A stretch of 64,000 nt of DNA from the human T2T-CHM13v2.0 reference genome, Homo sapiens. The stretch is from the NCBI RefSeq assembly GCF_009914755.1, contig NC_060929.1; one strand, 5' to 3'. The notes under the pieces are model-generated. The model worked only from the letters and a program-made list of their open reading frames with translations. It ran no database searches and was not told where the DNA came from. A program made the position numbers and the translations under genes. This document shows, piece by piece, positions 13,801 to 28,640 of this stretch (positions are counted from its first letter, which is position 1; each line of letters begins with the position of its first letter).

Positions 13801-16118
13801 TTCTATTTGAAAAAAAAATGACAAACTGGACTCCATCAAATTAATAACTTTGCTTTTTGAATAACACTATTAAGAGAACAAAAAGATAAGTATAAACTGA
13901 GAAAATATTGGGAAATTGTATATCAGATAAAGCATTTACATTCAAAACACAAAAAAAACCCACAAAACTCAATAACAAGAAAACAAATAACTTAATTTTT
14001 TAAATAAGCAAAGAATTTGAACAAGCATACCACCAAATAAAATATACAGATGACAAATAATCACCTGAGAATAGGCTTACCATCATTAGTAATTAGAAAA
14101 ATGTCAATTAAAGCTACAATTTGATATTACAATATATATATTAGAATTTCTAAAATTAAAAAGACTGACCATACCAAGTGCTGATGAGGACGCAGAGCAA
14201 CTGAACTCTCATACACTGCTAGTGGGGATATTAGATGATGCAATTACTTTCAACAACAGTTTGACAGTTTCTTAAAAAGTTAAACATACAGCTATCATAT
14301 GATCTTCTCATTCTACCACTGGGTATTTACCCACGAGAAATGGAAGAAGTGTATGTCCATATGAAGACTTGTACATAAATGTTTATAGTTATAGTTTCAT
14401 TTGTGATAGCCAAAAATGGCAAATCCACAAAAGTCTGTCAAGAGGTGAATGCCCAAGCAAACTGCAGTATAACCATACAAGAGAATGAATGAACTATTGA
14501 CATACAAAACATGGATAAGTCTCAGAATAATTATGCTGATGAAAGAAGTCAGACAAAAAGAGTTCATACTGTAGCATTCCATGTATATAAAAATCTAGAA
14601 CATGAAAATTAATCTATAGTGACAGAAATGGATCAGTGATGGTCTTGTGCAGTGAGAGGTTAGAAGAAAGGATCACAATGTGGAAACTTTTGGAGGTGAA
14701 TATTATCTTTATAAATGGAATTTTTAACATGATAGCAAGACTCCACATTCTCTTGCCTTAAACCCTTGCTTCTTTTTTTGTTTGTCTCCTTTCCTCCCTC
14801 TTTTTTTTTCTACTTCTCTGCCTTCCTTCCAAATGTTGACTAACCAACATACCACAAGGATTTCAAAAGTAGCTTTCATGAGAACTGTGCTGACAATTGC
14901 CTGGATAAAACTAAACCAATCATCCTGAGCAAGAAGGATAAAATAGAACAATCTTCAATCATTCCAACTGTGAGATTCACGCAGTTAAAGACTAAAACAT
15001 TACCCTGAGCCATAGCACAAGGATATGTATTCCTTTTATTCTAATCCTATAAAACTGCAGTCCTGCTTCATCTGGGTTACCTCATCTTCAGATTAATGGA
15101 TGTAAAACCTATGTACATAAAACATAAAAGCTACCTCAATTTAAGTCACTTAAACATTTAATATCATGATTGTGGTGATGGTATAAACATATGTCAAAAC
15201 ATACCAAATTATATAGATTACATATGTGTAATTCATTGTATGTCAAATGTACTTTAATAAAGCTTAAAAAAAAAGTAGCCCTACCTAAAAGAGGAAAATT
15301 AGACAGAAGCATCCAAATCTGAGAGTGGCAAGCTGACAAATTCTGGAAGCCACCAGAAAATTCCACAAAACTTTTCCTGGGTTCACAGCCTGTTCTTTCC
15401 TCCAGATTGTCAGCTCTACAACAGAAACATTTGCATTCCCTCTTGAATAGTTTTTACCAAAGTGAAAACACATCTACATGTGTGACTTAGAGCTGGAGTG
15501 TTCGTCATTTTTGGCTTCATTAGCCTTTATTTAGTCAGATTTGTTTAGTCTCCTCAAGGTTTGTAAGAACTGCCATCTTGTCACCAGACTGACAAAACAA
15601 GACTTTATTATCAGAATTTCTATATAAAATCATGTTATTTTTTAAAAAAGCAAATTTACCACAGACCTATAAAAATAAGGTAAGCAAAGGCATGGGCATA
15701 TACTCTAAGCCTTGTCTTGATGGTTTGAGCTATAGTTTCTCATTTGACAAATACAAACACTAAAGTGCACTGCTTTGCCTTTGGGGAAAAACAAAACAAA
15801 CAAGTCTCCAGCTGTCTGTAACACATGAGTTCCTGTGTAACATTGAGACCAAGAGAAACAGAAAAAAAGGCAGGGGCAGGATTTGCCTTCCTTCCCCTGA
15901 TTCAATGCTTTTTTATACTTTTCCCAATGATAAGAAGAGTAATTAACTGGCAACCAGCCAAGTAGTTTATAAATTAGGTTAACACTGTTTTCTATGGGAT
16001 AGAGGGAGGTCCCAACAGTGTGCTTTCAAGATACCTTATTGAATTACCAGGAAAAAATGATCAGACACAGAGGGGGTCCTAGTCTTTTTTAGACTGGCCA
16101 CTTGAGGTTGTTCCCAGC

Positions 16119-16536
16119 TGTGTTAGTCAGTTTTTGCACTGCTATAAAGGAGTATCTGAGGCTGGATAATTTATAAAGAAAAAAGGTTTAACTGGTTCAC
16201 AGTTCTGTAGGTTGTAAAAGAAGCATGGTCCCAGCATCTGCTTGGCTTCTGGTGGAACCTCAAGGAGCTTTTGCTCATGGCAAAGGGGGAACATACATGT
16301 CACATGGCAAGAACAAGCAAGAAAAAGAGAGAGGGGAGATGCCACACATTTTTAAACAACCAAATCTTAAATAAACTCAGAGCAAGAACTCACTCCTTAC
16401 CATTAGAATAGCACTAAGCAATTCGGGAGGGATCCCCACCTTCATGATCCAATACTTCCCACTAGGCCCCACCTTTAACATTGAAGGTCACATTTCAACA
16501 TGAGATTTGGAGGGGACAAACATCCAAATCATATCA
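16119..16536 (-). mobile_element. Solo MaLR LTR (MSTB-like)
   Basis: TG...CA termini, ending gagatttggaggggacaaacatccaaatcatatca; perfect 5-bp TSD ccagc (16114-16118 / 16537-16541). Confidence 0.9.
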
Positions 16537-17110
16537 CCAGCCATAACACTGGAAAAGCTTGTGTGGTACATGTTACCTCTGCTGACTTGGAGAAATAAGT
16601 GGATGGAACCCAGAGGAAGGATTTGCCATTTAAGATAGGGCTAACACACACAGGAGTCACAAATATATGTTTGTAGAATGACTCAGGCCTTAATATCCAC
16701 CTAAACAATCTACCTGTTCTTTGATGTGTTTGCCATATCCTTGTCCTATGAGGATGGTATAGTCACAACATTAGCCTGTGGAAATTGCATTTACAATAAG
16801 ACTAAATAAAGTTCAGTGGCTTCAGTGTTGCAAAAACGAACAACCATCCTATTCTGTACAATGCCTTCTGATGAATTCCATCCTTGGGCAATGAGCTCTA
16901 AGTCTTCCCAGGAAAGAAAAAAGATTAAATAGAATATAACCACAAATTGAATTCACTGCTTCTAAACTAAGCCACCTGATTTCATAATATGAAGGGGCAA
17001 ATGTAAGTTGAAACACAAGTTTTCTGAAAACCTCTGGAGACAACATCAGGCTATAATTATAATTATAATGGGTCCCTGTGTCCTTTTATCCACAGGAGGG
17101 GTGAGAATAT

Positions 17111-19469
17111 CGTTTTATTCCATTCTCACACTGCTATAAAGAACGAGACTGGGTAATTTAAAAAGGAAAAAGGTTTAATTGACTCACAGTCCCACATGGC
17201 TAGGGAGGCCTCACGAAACTTACAATTATGGCAGAAGGGGAAGCAAACATGTCCTTCTTCAGATGATGGCAGGAAGGAGAAGCACTGAGCAAAGAGGGAA
17301 AAGCCCCTAATAAAACCATCAGATCCCATGAGCACTCACTCGGTATCACAAGAACAACACATTGGGGTAACTGCCCCCATGATTCAATTACCTCCCACTG
17401 GATCCCTACCACAGCATGTGAGGATTATGGGAAACACAATTTAAGATGAGATTTGGCTGAGGACATAGCCAAATCATATCATTCTGCCCATGGCCCCTCC
17501 CAAATCTTATGTCCTCACATTTCAAAACACAATCATGCCTTCCCAACAGTCCCCCAAAGTCTTAACTCATTTCAGCATTAACCCAAAAGCCCAAGTCCAA
17601 AGTCTCATCTGAGACAAGGCAAGTTTCTTCCACCTATAAGCCTGTAAAATCAAAAGCAAGTTAGTTACTTCCAAAATACAATGAAGGTATAGGCATTGGG
17701 TAAATACACCCATTCCAAATGGGATAAATTGGTCAAAACAAAGAGGCTACAGGCCCCAAGCAACTCCCAAATCCAGCAAGGCAGTCAAATTTTAAAGCCC
17801 CAAAATGAACTCCTTTGACTCCATGTCTTACATCCAGGACAGACTAATGCAAGAGGTGGGCTCCCATGGCATTGGGCAGCTCCATCCCTGTGGCTTCTCA
17901 GGGTATAGCTCCCTCCTGGCTGCTTTCCTGGGCTGCTGTTCCATGTCTGTGGCTTTTCCAGGTGCACAGTACAAGCTGTCAGTGGATCTTCCATTCTGGG
18001 ATCTGGAGGATGGTGGCCCTCTTCTCACAGTTCCGCTAGGCAGTGCCCCAGTGGAGACTCTGTGTGGGACTCTGACCCCACATTTCCCTTCCACAATGCC
18101 CTAACAGAGGTTCTCTGAGGGCTTCACCCCTGCAGCAAACTTCTGTCTGGATACCCAGGCTTTTCCATATATCCTCTGAAATCTAGGTGGAGGTTCCCAA
18201 CCTCCATTTTTGACTTCTGTGCACCCACAGGACCAATACCATGTGTTAGCCACCAAGGCTTTGGGCTTGCACCCTCTGAAGCAATGGCCCAAGCCCTGCT
18301 TTGGCTACAGCTGAAGCATCTGGGACTCAGGGCACCATGACCTGAGGCCACATATATCAGGGTGTACCTGGGTCCAGCTCATAAAACCACTTTCCTCTCC
18401 TAGGCCTTTGGGGCTGTGATGGGAGGGGCTGCCATGAAAGTCTCTAACATGCCCTGGAGACATTTTCCCCATTGTCTTGGTGATTAACATTTGGCTTCTC
18501 ATTACTTATGCAAATTTCTGTAGCAGGCTTGAATTTCTCCCCAGAAAAATGTGTTTTTTTCTTTTCCATCACATCCTCAGGCTGCAAATTTTCTGAATTT
18601 TTATGCTCTGCTTACCTTTTAAACATAAGTTCCAATTCCAAACCATATATTTGTGAATACATAAAGCTGAATGCTTTGAACAGCACCCAAGTTAAATCTT
18701 GAATACTTTGCTGTTTGGAAATTTCTTCCACCAGTTACCCTAAATCATCTCTCTCAAGTTCAAAGTTTTACAAATCTCTAGGGTAGGGGCAAAATGCTGC
18801 CAGTCTCTTTGCTAAAACATAGGATGAGTCACCTTTATTCCAGTTCCCAACAAGTTCCTCATCTCCATCTGAGATCACCTCAGCCAGAAATTCATTGTCC
18901 ATATCACTATCAGCATTTTGGTCAAAGCCATTCAACAAGTCTCTATGAAGTTCCAAACTTTCCCACATCTTCCTTTCTTCTTCTGAGCCCTCCAAACTAT
19001 TCCAACCTCTGCCAGTTACTCAGTTTCAAAGTCATTTCTACATTTTCAGGCACCTTTACAGTAGTGCACCCACCCCATTCCTGGTACCAATTTACTGAAC
19101 TACTCCATTCTCTTGCTTCTATAAAGAACTGCCCAAGACTGGGTAATTTATAAAGGAAAGAGGTTTACTTGACTCACAGTTCTGCATGACTAGGGAGGTC
19201 TCAGGAAACTTACAATCATGGCAGAAAGGGAAGAAAACACTTCCTTCTTCACATGATGGCAGGAAGGAGAAGGACCAAGCAAAGAGAGAAAAGCTCTTTA
19301 TAAAACCAGATCTCATGAGAACTCACTCATTATCATGAGAGCAGCAGCATAAGGGTAACCACTTCTACTATTCAACCTCCTCCCACTGGGTTCTTCCCAT
19401 GACGTGTGAGGATTATGGGAACTACAATTCAAGATGAAATTTGGGTGGGAACACAGCCAAACCATACCA
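17111..19469 (-). mobile_element. Complete THE1 (C/D-like) MaLR element: LTR 17111-17481, internal 17482-19095, LTR 19096-19469
   Basis: Two homologous ~370-bp LTRs around a ~1.6-kb THE1-int (ttctgccc...tggtaccaatttac). Confidence 0.92.
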
Positions 19470-20002
19470 GATACTACCTGTTAGATGTAAGTTCTGGTCT
19501 GGAGGTCCATCACACGTGGACACACTGAAATTAGTTTACTTGTGAGAAATAAAATCTCACAGACACACTACTTCCTGTTCATACCTTTTAATTTGTATAC
19601 AAGATGTTAAGGTCTGAGTTTGTCTTGGAGATGTTAATAAAATGTTCCTTATAATTGCTAAAAATGATTTTTATGCAGTAAGCCCCTTTTGATTTCAGAA
19701 AGAAATCAGAACAAGATAGTAGTAAATTGAGAAGAAATCAGTATTTTCAATACCATTTTATACTCAATTTCAACAAAACTCACAAAACAGTCAAGTGATT
19801 GAAAGAAAGTATAACTTAGAAGGATTTTAAAAACATTCCTCAGAGTCCCATATTTAATTATATACTTTAGTCAATGTCTATGGAGACCATACAGAGAATA
19901 CAAAAAGGGAATATACAAAGGTCAAGGCCTGCCATCCTTAAGGATCCTGCAAGCTCTGATCATTTAAGAAATTTTAGGCCCTCTTTACATTGATAATTAC
20001 CT

Positions 20003-22050
20003 AACAAAAAGGAAATCAAGAAAATGATCCCATTTATAATAGCATTTAAAATAATAAGATACCTAAGAATAAATTTAACAAAGGAGGTAAAAGATCTACA
20101 CATTATAAAAATTGATGAAAGAAAATGAAGACACAAATAAAAGATAGCCCATGTTTATGGATTAAAATACTGTTAAAATGTCCACAATACTCAAAGTGAT
20201 ATGCAGATTCAATGCAATCTTTATTAAAATTAAAGATCTTTTTCACAGAAATAAAAAATATATAAAATTTGTATAGAACTGCAAAAAACTCTAAATAGCT
20301 AAGGCATTCCTAAGGGGGAAAAAAGAACAAAGTTGGAGGAATCACACTGCTTGATTTCAGATTATATCACAAAGCTGTAGTAATCAAAACAGTTTGGTAC
20401 TGGCATTAAAATTAGACACATAGACCAATGGAACAGAATAGAGAGTCCAGAAATAAATCCACACACTTGGAGTAAACTGATATTTGACAAAGTTGTCAAA
20501 AACACACAATGAGGAAAAAATAGTCTCTTCAATGAATGATGTCAGAAAAAAACTGTATGTCCACATGCAAAGGACAAAATTGGAGACTTATTTCACACCA
20601 AACACAAAAGTCAACTCAGAATGGATAAAATGTTTAACATAAGACCTGAGATCATAAAACTCCTAAAAGAAAACAAAGGAGAAAATCTCCATTCCCTTGT
20701 TCTTGGCAATGATTTTTGGTTTAGGACCCCAAAAGCACAGGCAACAGAAACAAAAATAAATGGAATTACATCAAACTAAAATCTTCAGCACATCAAAGGA
20801 AACAATCAACAAAATAAAAAGGCAACCTGTAGAATGGGAAAAATATTTGCAAACCATACGTATGATAAAGGGTTAATATCCAAAATATGTCAGGAACTCA
20901 CAGAGCTCAATGACAAAAAAAAAAAAAAAAAAGGAATAACCTAATTTAAAAATGGACAAAGGATCTGAATAGATATTTATCCAAAGAAGACACAAAAATG
21001 GCTAATGGGCATTTGGAAATGTATTCAACCTTACTAATCATCAGAAAAATCCAAATCAAAACAACAACGTGGTACCACCTCACTCCAGTTAGAATGGCTA
21101 TATGCCATCAAAAACACAAGAAACAACAAGTGATGAGGGTATGGATAAAGGGGAATCCTTGTACATCTTTGTTGGAAATGTAGATTGGTGTAGCCATTAT
21201 AGAAAACAGTGTGGAAGTTCCTCAGAAATAGAACTACCATATATAACTCAGCAATCCCTCCTTATATACCCAAAGGAAATGCAATCAGCACCTCATAGAG
21301 ATATCTGTATATCCATGCTCATTGCAAAATTACTCACAATAGCCAAGATACGAAAACAACCTAAATGGCCATTAAGAGATGAATAGATAAAGAAATTGTG
21401 AGATAGATACAGATAGATAGATAGATAGATGGTAGATAGATAGATAGATAGATAGATAGTGTACGTATGTGTGTGTATATATATATGTATATATATACAC
21501 ACAACTTGTATTTGCCCCTTCTATATCTATCAACATACATACACACACAATGAAATATTATTCAGCCTTTAAAAAGAAGGATGTCTGGTCATTTGTAAAA
21601 ACAAAGATAAACCTGAAGGACCTTACGCTAATTGAAATAAGCCAAACACAGAAAGAAAAATACTTCATGACCTCACTTATATGTGGCATCTTAAAAAAAA
21701 AAAAAAAAGTCCAATACATAGAAACAGAAAGTAAGAACGTGGTTACCAGGGGTTTTGTGCCCTTTCATCTATGTCTCCTGTTAACAGAAGAATGGGTGCA
21801 AAGTTGCAATTATGTAGGATAAATAAGTATAGAGATCTAATGTATACCATGAGAGCTATAGTTAGTTAATAATATAACATTTTATACTAGGAATGTGCTA
21901 AGAAAGGAGATGTTATGTGCTCTCACAATAAAAAAGTAACTATGTGAGATGATGGATATGTTAATTAGCTGGACTGTGACATTTAACTATGTACATGTAC
22001 ATCAAAATATTTTGTACACCTTAATATATATATAAACAAAAATAAAATGC
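20003..22050 (+). mobile_element. 5'-truncated L1MA (MA7-9-like), ORF2 3' part and 3' UTR
   Basis: ORF2 C-terminal motifs (YHLTPVRMA); 3' UTR aagtaactatgtgagatgatggatatgttaattagc. Confidence 0.85.
21401..21500. repeat. (AGAT)n compound STR followed by (TG)/(TA)
   Basis: (AGAT)2 AC (AGAT)5 GGT (AGAT)6, then gtgtgtgtatatatatatgtatatatatacacac. Confidence 0.95.
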
Positions 22051-22069
22051 TAAAAGTAATAAAAGGTCT

Positions 22070-25000
22070 GAGAGGGCAAGATGGCCAAGTAGACAGAGAC
22101 AAGTAGAATAGCTCTCATGGGGGGACCAGGATGACTGGCAGATCTTCAGAGTGAAGGTGCTGAGAATGGGTGGAGGGAAGACACAGAAGCTAGCCAAAAG
22201 GGAGAGAAAGCTAGGAACCCTGCACAGGCTACTACACACTGGGACTCATCTTCGAACCACAACAGCACTGGGGGCATGAGTGAGTTGAACTGGCAAGGAG
22301 CAATCCATTCTAGGATGGGCATCTGGAACCCCAGCAGAAGGGAATCCCTTGACCACTATGGAAACCTGAGGTGACAGGAAGAGCTGCTTAGAGAAGCAAT
22401 GGAGCAGCAAGCCAGCTGATGTGGTGCCCAGAGGGTTTGGTACAGGAGCATCTGTTGTGGAGCATAGCTAGGGACAGCCATCCCCCTAGGCTCGACTTGC
22501 TCCCATACAAGAGTTTGTCCCTAGGGAAACTGATGAACCTGATCTCTGCACGGTGGTCTTGCACATCAGATGGTGTTGGCCTGACATAGAACCCCTTGGT
22601 CTGCTGGCCTCTCCCAGGGATACAGTCTGGCCATGCCTGCTTACAGGTCAGTCTTGGGTGTGCTGGGGCCCACACCATAGTCTCTGTGCCAGCAGACAGT
22701 GCCTGACAGATGGAGAGCTCCAGCCAGCCCCTATGGTCATGCACTAACTTGCATGCTTCTTCCCCATACTGCAGCCTCCCCCAAGCCCACAGAAACTCCT
22801 CACATCACTCTGCTGGTGCATGTCTGCATGGACGCATTTTGCTTTACTTGCCCCACCAGCATGTGGGAGTGCAGTTCACCTCTCTTCCCCCTACCAACCA
22901 CTATTGCAAATGGAGCATTAGAGGGCACAAAGCCAGCAAGCCCTGGCCCCACCAGTGCCCCACCCTTGCACTAACACTGTCAGAAAATAGTGGATCCTCC
23001 CACACCATGAGTGATCACTCCTCCTTGTGGGGCACAGAGAAGGCACCAAGAGTTGCACTGACCAGCAAACTGCCCCAAACCAACACCAGCTCCAGTGCAA
23101 CTGCTCACACAGTCTCCCCTAATCACCAGCTGTGTTGCCTCTGTTACTGTGGTGAATGCCCACAGGAAGGCAGGCAACCCTGCATCTGCTAGCACTCTGC
23201 TGCAGCTGCTGCAGCTGCTGCACTTTGCCCTCCGCCCCATTGTAGTGGAATCCAAACCTCAAAGAGGCAGAGAAAAAAGTCGTGCCCTATACAAGCTCTC
23301 CAGAGTTACAGCATGCAGTCCAGGAGTTGGGAGCTAAGCACTGGCCCCCTAAAATCTCCCAGAAACAAATCCAGTCAGCCAAATCCATTTGTACCACAAT
23401 CAAACCCTCAAGATCATCAAATGGGATTAAAAAAGTCCAAAGGTCAGCAACTTCAAAAATTGAAGGTAAATAAGCCCACAAAGATGAGAAAGAATCAGCA
23501 CAAGAATGCTGAAAACTCAAAAATCCACAGTGCCTTCTTTCCTCCAATGACTACATCACCTCCAGCAAGGGTTTGGAAAAAGACTTAGATGGCTGAAATG
23601 ACAGAAATAGAATTCAGAATATGGATAGAAATGTAAATCATTGAGCCACAGGAGTTCATTAAAATCCAATGCAAGGAAGCTAAAAATCATGATACAACAA
23701 TGCAGGAGCTGACAGACAAAATAACCAGGATGGAGACTACACTGTATCTGACCTGATAGAGCTGAAAAACACACTACAAGAATTTCACAATGCAATCACA
23801 AATGTTAATAGCAGAATAAACCAACAAGTAAAAGAATCTCAGAGCTTGAAAACTGGCTTTCTGAAATAAGACAGACAGGCAAGAATAGAGAAAAAAGAAT
23901 GAAAAAGGAATGAACAAAACCTCCAATAAATATGAGATTATGTAACAAGACCAAATCTACAACTCAGGGGTGTCCCTGAAGGACATGAGGGGAACAAAAC
24001 CAACATGAAAGACATATTTCAGAATATCATCCATGGGAACTTCTCCAACCTAGCTAGACAGGCAAACATTCCATTTCAGGAAATGCAGAGAGCCCCAGTA
24101 AAATAATTCACAAGAAAATCATCCCCAAGACACATATTCATCAGATTCCCCAAGGTCGAAATAAAAGAAAAATGTTAAAGGCAGCTAGAGAGAAAGGTGA
24201 GGTCACCTATAAAGGAAAGCTCATCAGACTAACAGATGACCTCTCAGCTGAAAGCCTACAAGCCAGAAGAAACTAGGGGCCAATATTTAACATTCTTAAA
24301 GATAGGAAATTCCAACCTAGAATGTAGTATCTGGCAAAACTAAGTTTCATAGGCAAAGGAAAAATAGGATCCTTCTCAGAAAAGCAAATGCTGAGGGAAT
24401 TTGTTACCACCAGATCTGCCTTACAAGAGCTCCTGAAGGGAGCACTAAATATGGAAAGGAAAAACCATTACCAGCCACTACCAAAACACACTGAAGTACA
24501 CAGACCAGTGATACTATAAAGCAACCATATAAACAAATCTACAAAATAAGCTAACATCATAATGACAGGAACAAATTCACATATATCAATATTAACCATA
24601 AATATAAATAACTAAATGTTTCAATTAGAAGGCACAAAGTGGCAAGTTGAATAAATAACCAAGACCCATTGGTATGCTATCTTCAAGACACCCATCTCAC
24701 ATGCAATGACACAGATAGGCTCAAAATAAAGGGATAGAGAAAAACCTACCAAGCAAATGGAAAACAGAGAAAAAGCATGGGTTGCAATCCTAGTTTCTGA
24801 CAAAGCAGACTTTAAATTAACACAGATCAAAAAAGACAAAGAAGGATATTACATAATGGTAAAGGGTTCAATTCAACAAGAAGATCTAACTATCTCAAAT
24901 ATATATGTACCCAACACAGGAGCACCCAAATTCATAAAGCAAGTTCTTAGAGACCTTTGAAGACACTTAGACTCCCACACAATAATAGTGGGACTTTAAC

Positions 25001-28000
25001 ATGCCACTGACAATATTAGACAGATCACCAAGATAGAAAATTAACAAAGATATTCAGGACCAGAACTCAGCTCTGGATCATATATCCACAGAACTCTCCA
25101 CCAAAAAACAACAGAATATACATTCTTCTCATCGTCACATGGCATATACTCTAAAATCAATCACATGATCAGAAGTAAAATAATCATCAGCAAATGCAAA
25201 GACTGAAATCATAACAATCTCTCAGACCACAGTGTAATCAAATTAGAAATCGAGACCAAGAAATTCACTCAAAACCGCACAATTACATGGAAATTGAATA
25301 ACCTGTTCCTGAATGACTCATGGGTAAATCATAAATTAAAGCAGAAATCAAGAAATTCTTTGAAACTAATGAGAACACAAAGACAACATACCAAAATCTC
25401 TGCAACACAGCTAAGGCAGCGTTAAGCGGGAAATTTATAGCACTAAATGCCCATATAAAAAGTTAGAAAGTAATATCACAACTAAAAAAATTAAAGAACC
25501 AAAAGCAAACAAATCCCAAAGCTAGTGGAAGACAAGAATTAACCAAAACAAGAGCTGAGCTGAAAGAGATAGATACAAAAAAAGACTCAAAAGATCAACA
25601 AATCCAGCAGCTGGTTTTTCGAGAAAAAATTAATAAAATAGACTGCTCAACTGATAAAGAAGTAGAGAGAAGTTTCAAATAAACACAATCTGAAAGGAAA
25701 ATCTAGAAGAAACTGATAAATTTCTGGTCACATACACCCTCTCAAGACTGAACCAGGAATAAATTGGATCCCTGAAGAGACTAATAAAGAGCTCTGAAAT
25801 TGAGGCAGCAAAAAACAGGTTACCAACCAAAAAAAGCCCAGGATCAGACATATTCACAGCTGAATGCTACGAGAGGTACAAAGAAGAGCTGGTACTATTC
25901 TGACTGAAAGTATTCAAAAAAATTGAGGAGGAGGAACTCCTCCCTAAATCATTCTATGAAGCCAGCATCATCGTGATACCAAAACCTGGCAGAGATAATA
26001 ACAACAACAAAAACTTCAAGTCAATATTCTCGATGAACATCAGTGCAAAAATCCTCAAAATGGTGGCATAAAAGCCAGTGGCACATCAAAAAGCTTATCC
26101 ACCTTGATAAATTAAGCTTTATCTTTGGGATGCAAGGTTAGTTCAACATTCAGGTATCAGTAAACGTGATTCAACACATAAACAGAACTTAAGACAAAAA
26201 CTACATGATTATCTCCATAGATGCAGAAAAGGATTTTGATAAATTCAACATCCCTTCAGGTTAAAAACTCTCAACAAACTAGATATTGAAGGAACGTACC
26301 TCAAAATAATAAGAGCTATCTATCTATGACAAATTCACAGCTGACATAATACTGAATGGCCAAAAGCTGGAAACATTCCCCTTGAAAACCAGCACAAGAC
26401 AAGGATGCCCTCTTTCACCTTTCCTATTTAACATAGTACTGGAAGTCCTGACCAGAGCAATCAGGGAAGACAGAAAAATAAAATGCATCCAGAGAGGAAG
26501 AGAAGAAGTCAAAATATCCCTGTTTGTAGATGACATAGTCCTATATCTAGCAAACCCCATAATCCTACCCCGAATGCTTCTTAAGCTGATAAACAACTTC
26601 AGCAAAGTCTCAGAATATAAAATCGACATGCAAAAATCACTAGTATCCCCATACACCAACAAAAGTCAAGCCGAGAGCCAAATCAGGAATGTACTCACAT
26701 TCACAAATGCCACAAAAAGAATACAATACCTAGGAATACAGCTAAGTAGGGAGATGAAAGATCTCTGCAAGGAGAACTACAAAACACTTCTCAAAGAATT
26801 CAGAGAAGACACACACAAACAGAAAAACACTTCATGCTCATGGATAGGAAGATTCATAACATTAAAATGGACAAACTGCTCAAAGCAGTTTATAGATTCA
26901 CTGCTATCATTATTAAACCACCGTTGAGATTTTTCACCGAATTGGATAAACTATTTTAAAATTCATATGGAATAAAGGCAGAGCCTGAATAGCAAAGACC
27001 ATCCCAAGCAAAAGGAAAAAAGCTGGAGGCAACATGTTACCTGACTTCAAAACCTAATTCAGGGCTACAGTAACCAGAAAAACCATGATGCTGATATCAA
27101 AACAAATACATAGTCCAATAGAACAGAACAGACAACTCAGAAATAAGGCCACAGACTTAGGACCATCAGATCTTTGACAAACCTGACAAAAAACAAACAA
27201 TGAGGAAAGGGTTCACTATTCAATAAGTGGCATGGAATAACTGGCTAGCCATATGCAGAGGATTGAAACTGGACTGCTTCCTTACACCATATATAAAAAT
27301 TAACTCAAGATGGATTAAAGACTTAAATGTAAAACCCAAAAGTATAAAAACCCTGGAAGACAACCTAGGCAATACCATTCAGGACACAGAGGCATGGGCA
27401 AAGATTTAATGATGAAGACACCAAAAGCAGCTACAACAAAAGCAAAAATCAGCACATGGGATCTAATTAAACTAAAAAGCTTCTGCACAGCAAAATAAAC
27501 TATCATTAGACTGAACAGACAACCTACAGAATGGGGAAAAATTTTGCAAATTATGTATTTAACCAAGGTCTAATATCCAGCATCTATAAGAAACTTAAAC
27601 AAATTAACAAGAAAAAATCATAAAAAGTGGGCAAAGGACATGAACAGACACTTTTCAAAAGAAGGCATACATATGGCTAACAATTATATGAAAGAACGCT
27701 CAGCATCACTGAATATTAGAGAAATGCAAATCAAAACAACAAGAGATACCATCTCACACAAGTCAGAATGGCTACTATGAAAGAGTCAAAAAATAACAGA
27801 TGCTGGTGAGGTTGTGGAGAAAAAGGAACGCTTATACACTATTGATGGAAATGTAAATTAGTTCAACCTGTGTGGAAGATAGTGTGACAATTCCTCAAAG
27901 GCCTAAAAGCAGAACCACCATTCAACCCAGCAGTCCCATTACTGGATATATACCCAAATGAATATAAATCATTCTCTTATAAACACACATGCAAGCCTAT

Positions 28001-28445
28001 GTTCATGGTACCACTATTCACAATAGCAAAGACATGGAATCAACCTAAATTCCCATCAATGATAGACTGGATAATGAAAATGTGGTACATAGAATGCTAT
28101 ACAGCCATAAAAAAAAATGAGATCATGTCATTTGCAGGGACATGGATGAAGCTGGAGGCCATTATCCTTAGCATGCTAATGCAGGAATAAAAAAAACAAA
28201 TACCACATATTCTCACTTATAAGTGAGGGCTGAATGATAAGAACACATGGAGGAGAACAACACACACTGGGGCTTATTGGAGGGTGGACGGTAGGAGGGA
28301 GGAAATCATCAGGAAAAATAACTATTGAGTACTAGGCTTAATACCTGGATGATAAAATAATGTATACAACAAACCCCATGACACAAGTTTACCCATGTAA
28401 CAAACCTGCATATGTACCCCTGAACTTAAAATAAAAGTTAGAAAG
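22070..28445 (+). mobile_element. Near-full-length older primate L1 (L1PA13-16-like)
   Basis: caagatggcc start, long 5' UTR, decayed ORF1/ORF2 (SLFVDD), 3' end atcaggaaaaataact...tgaacttaaaataaaagtt. Confidence 0.88.
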
Positions 28446-28514
28446 AATAAACTATTCACAAAACAACAATAACAACAAAATAGTTTAACATATTTCTATC
28501 TTCATGATGTCTTC

Positions 28515-28640
28515 ATTGACATTGCATACCTGTATCAAAATATCTCATGTACCCCATAAATATATACACCTATTATGTACCCACAAAAATTTTTTAAAAT
28601 AATTTTTAAAATTTTTAAAAAACAAGTAAATAAAAAAAAT
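28515..28640 (+). mobile_element. L1MA 3'-tip fragment
   Basis: cattgcatacctgtatcaaaatatctcatgtaccccataaatatatacacctattatgtacccac plus A-rich tail. Confidence 0.8.

Noticed and set aside
17785-19153. Cluster of ORFs in the THE1 internal region
   Set aside because: Short, broken frames expected from decayed THE1-int
22388-23588. Dense overlapping ORFs and a gctgctgca tandem at ~23198-23222
   Set aside because: GC-richer L1 5' UTR yields spurious ORFs; the repeat is a trivial slippage
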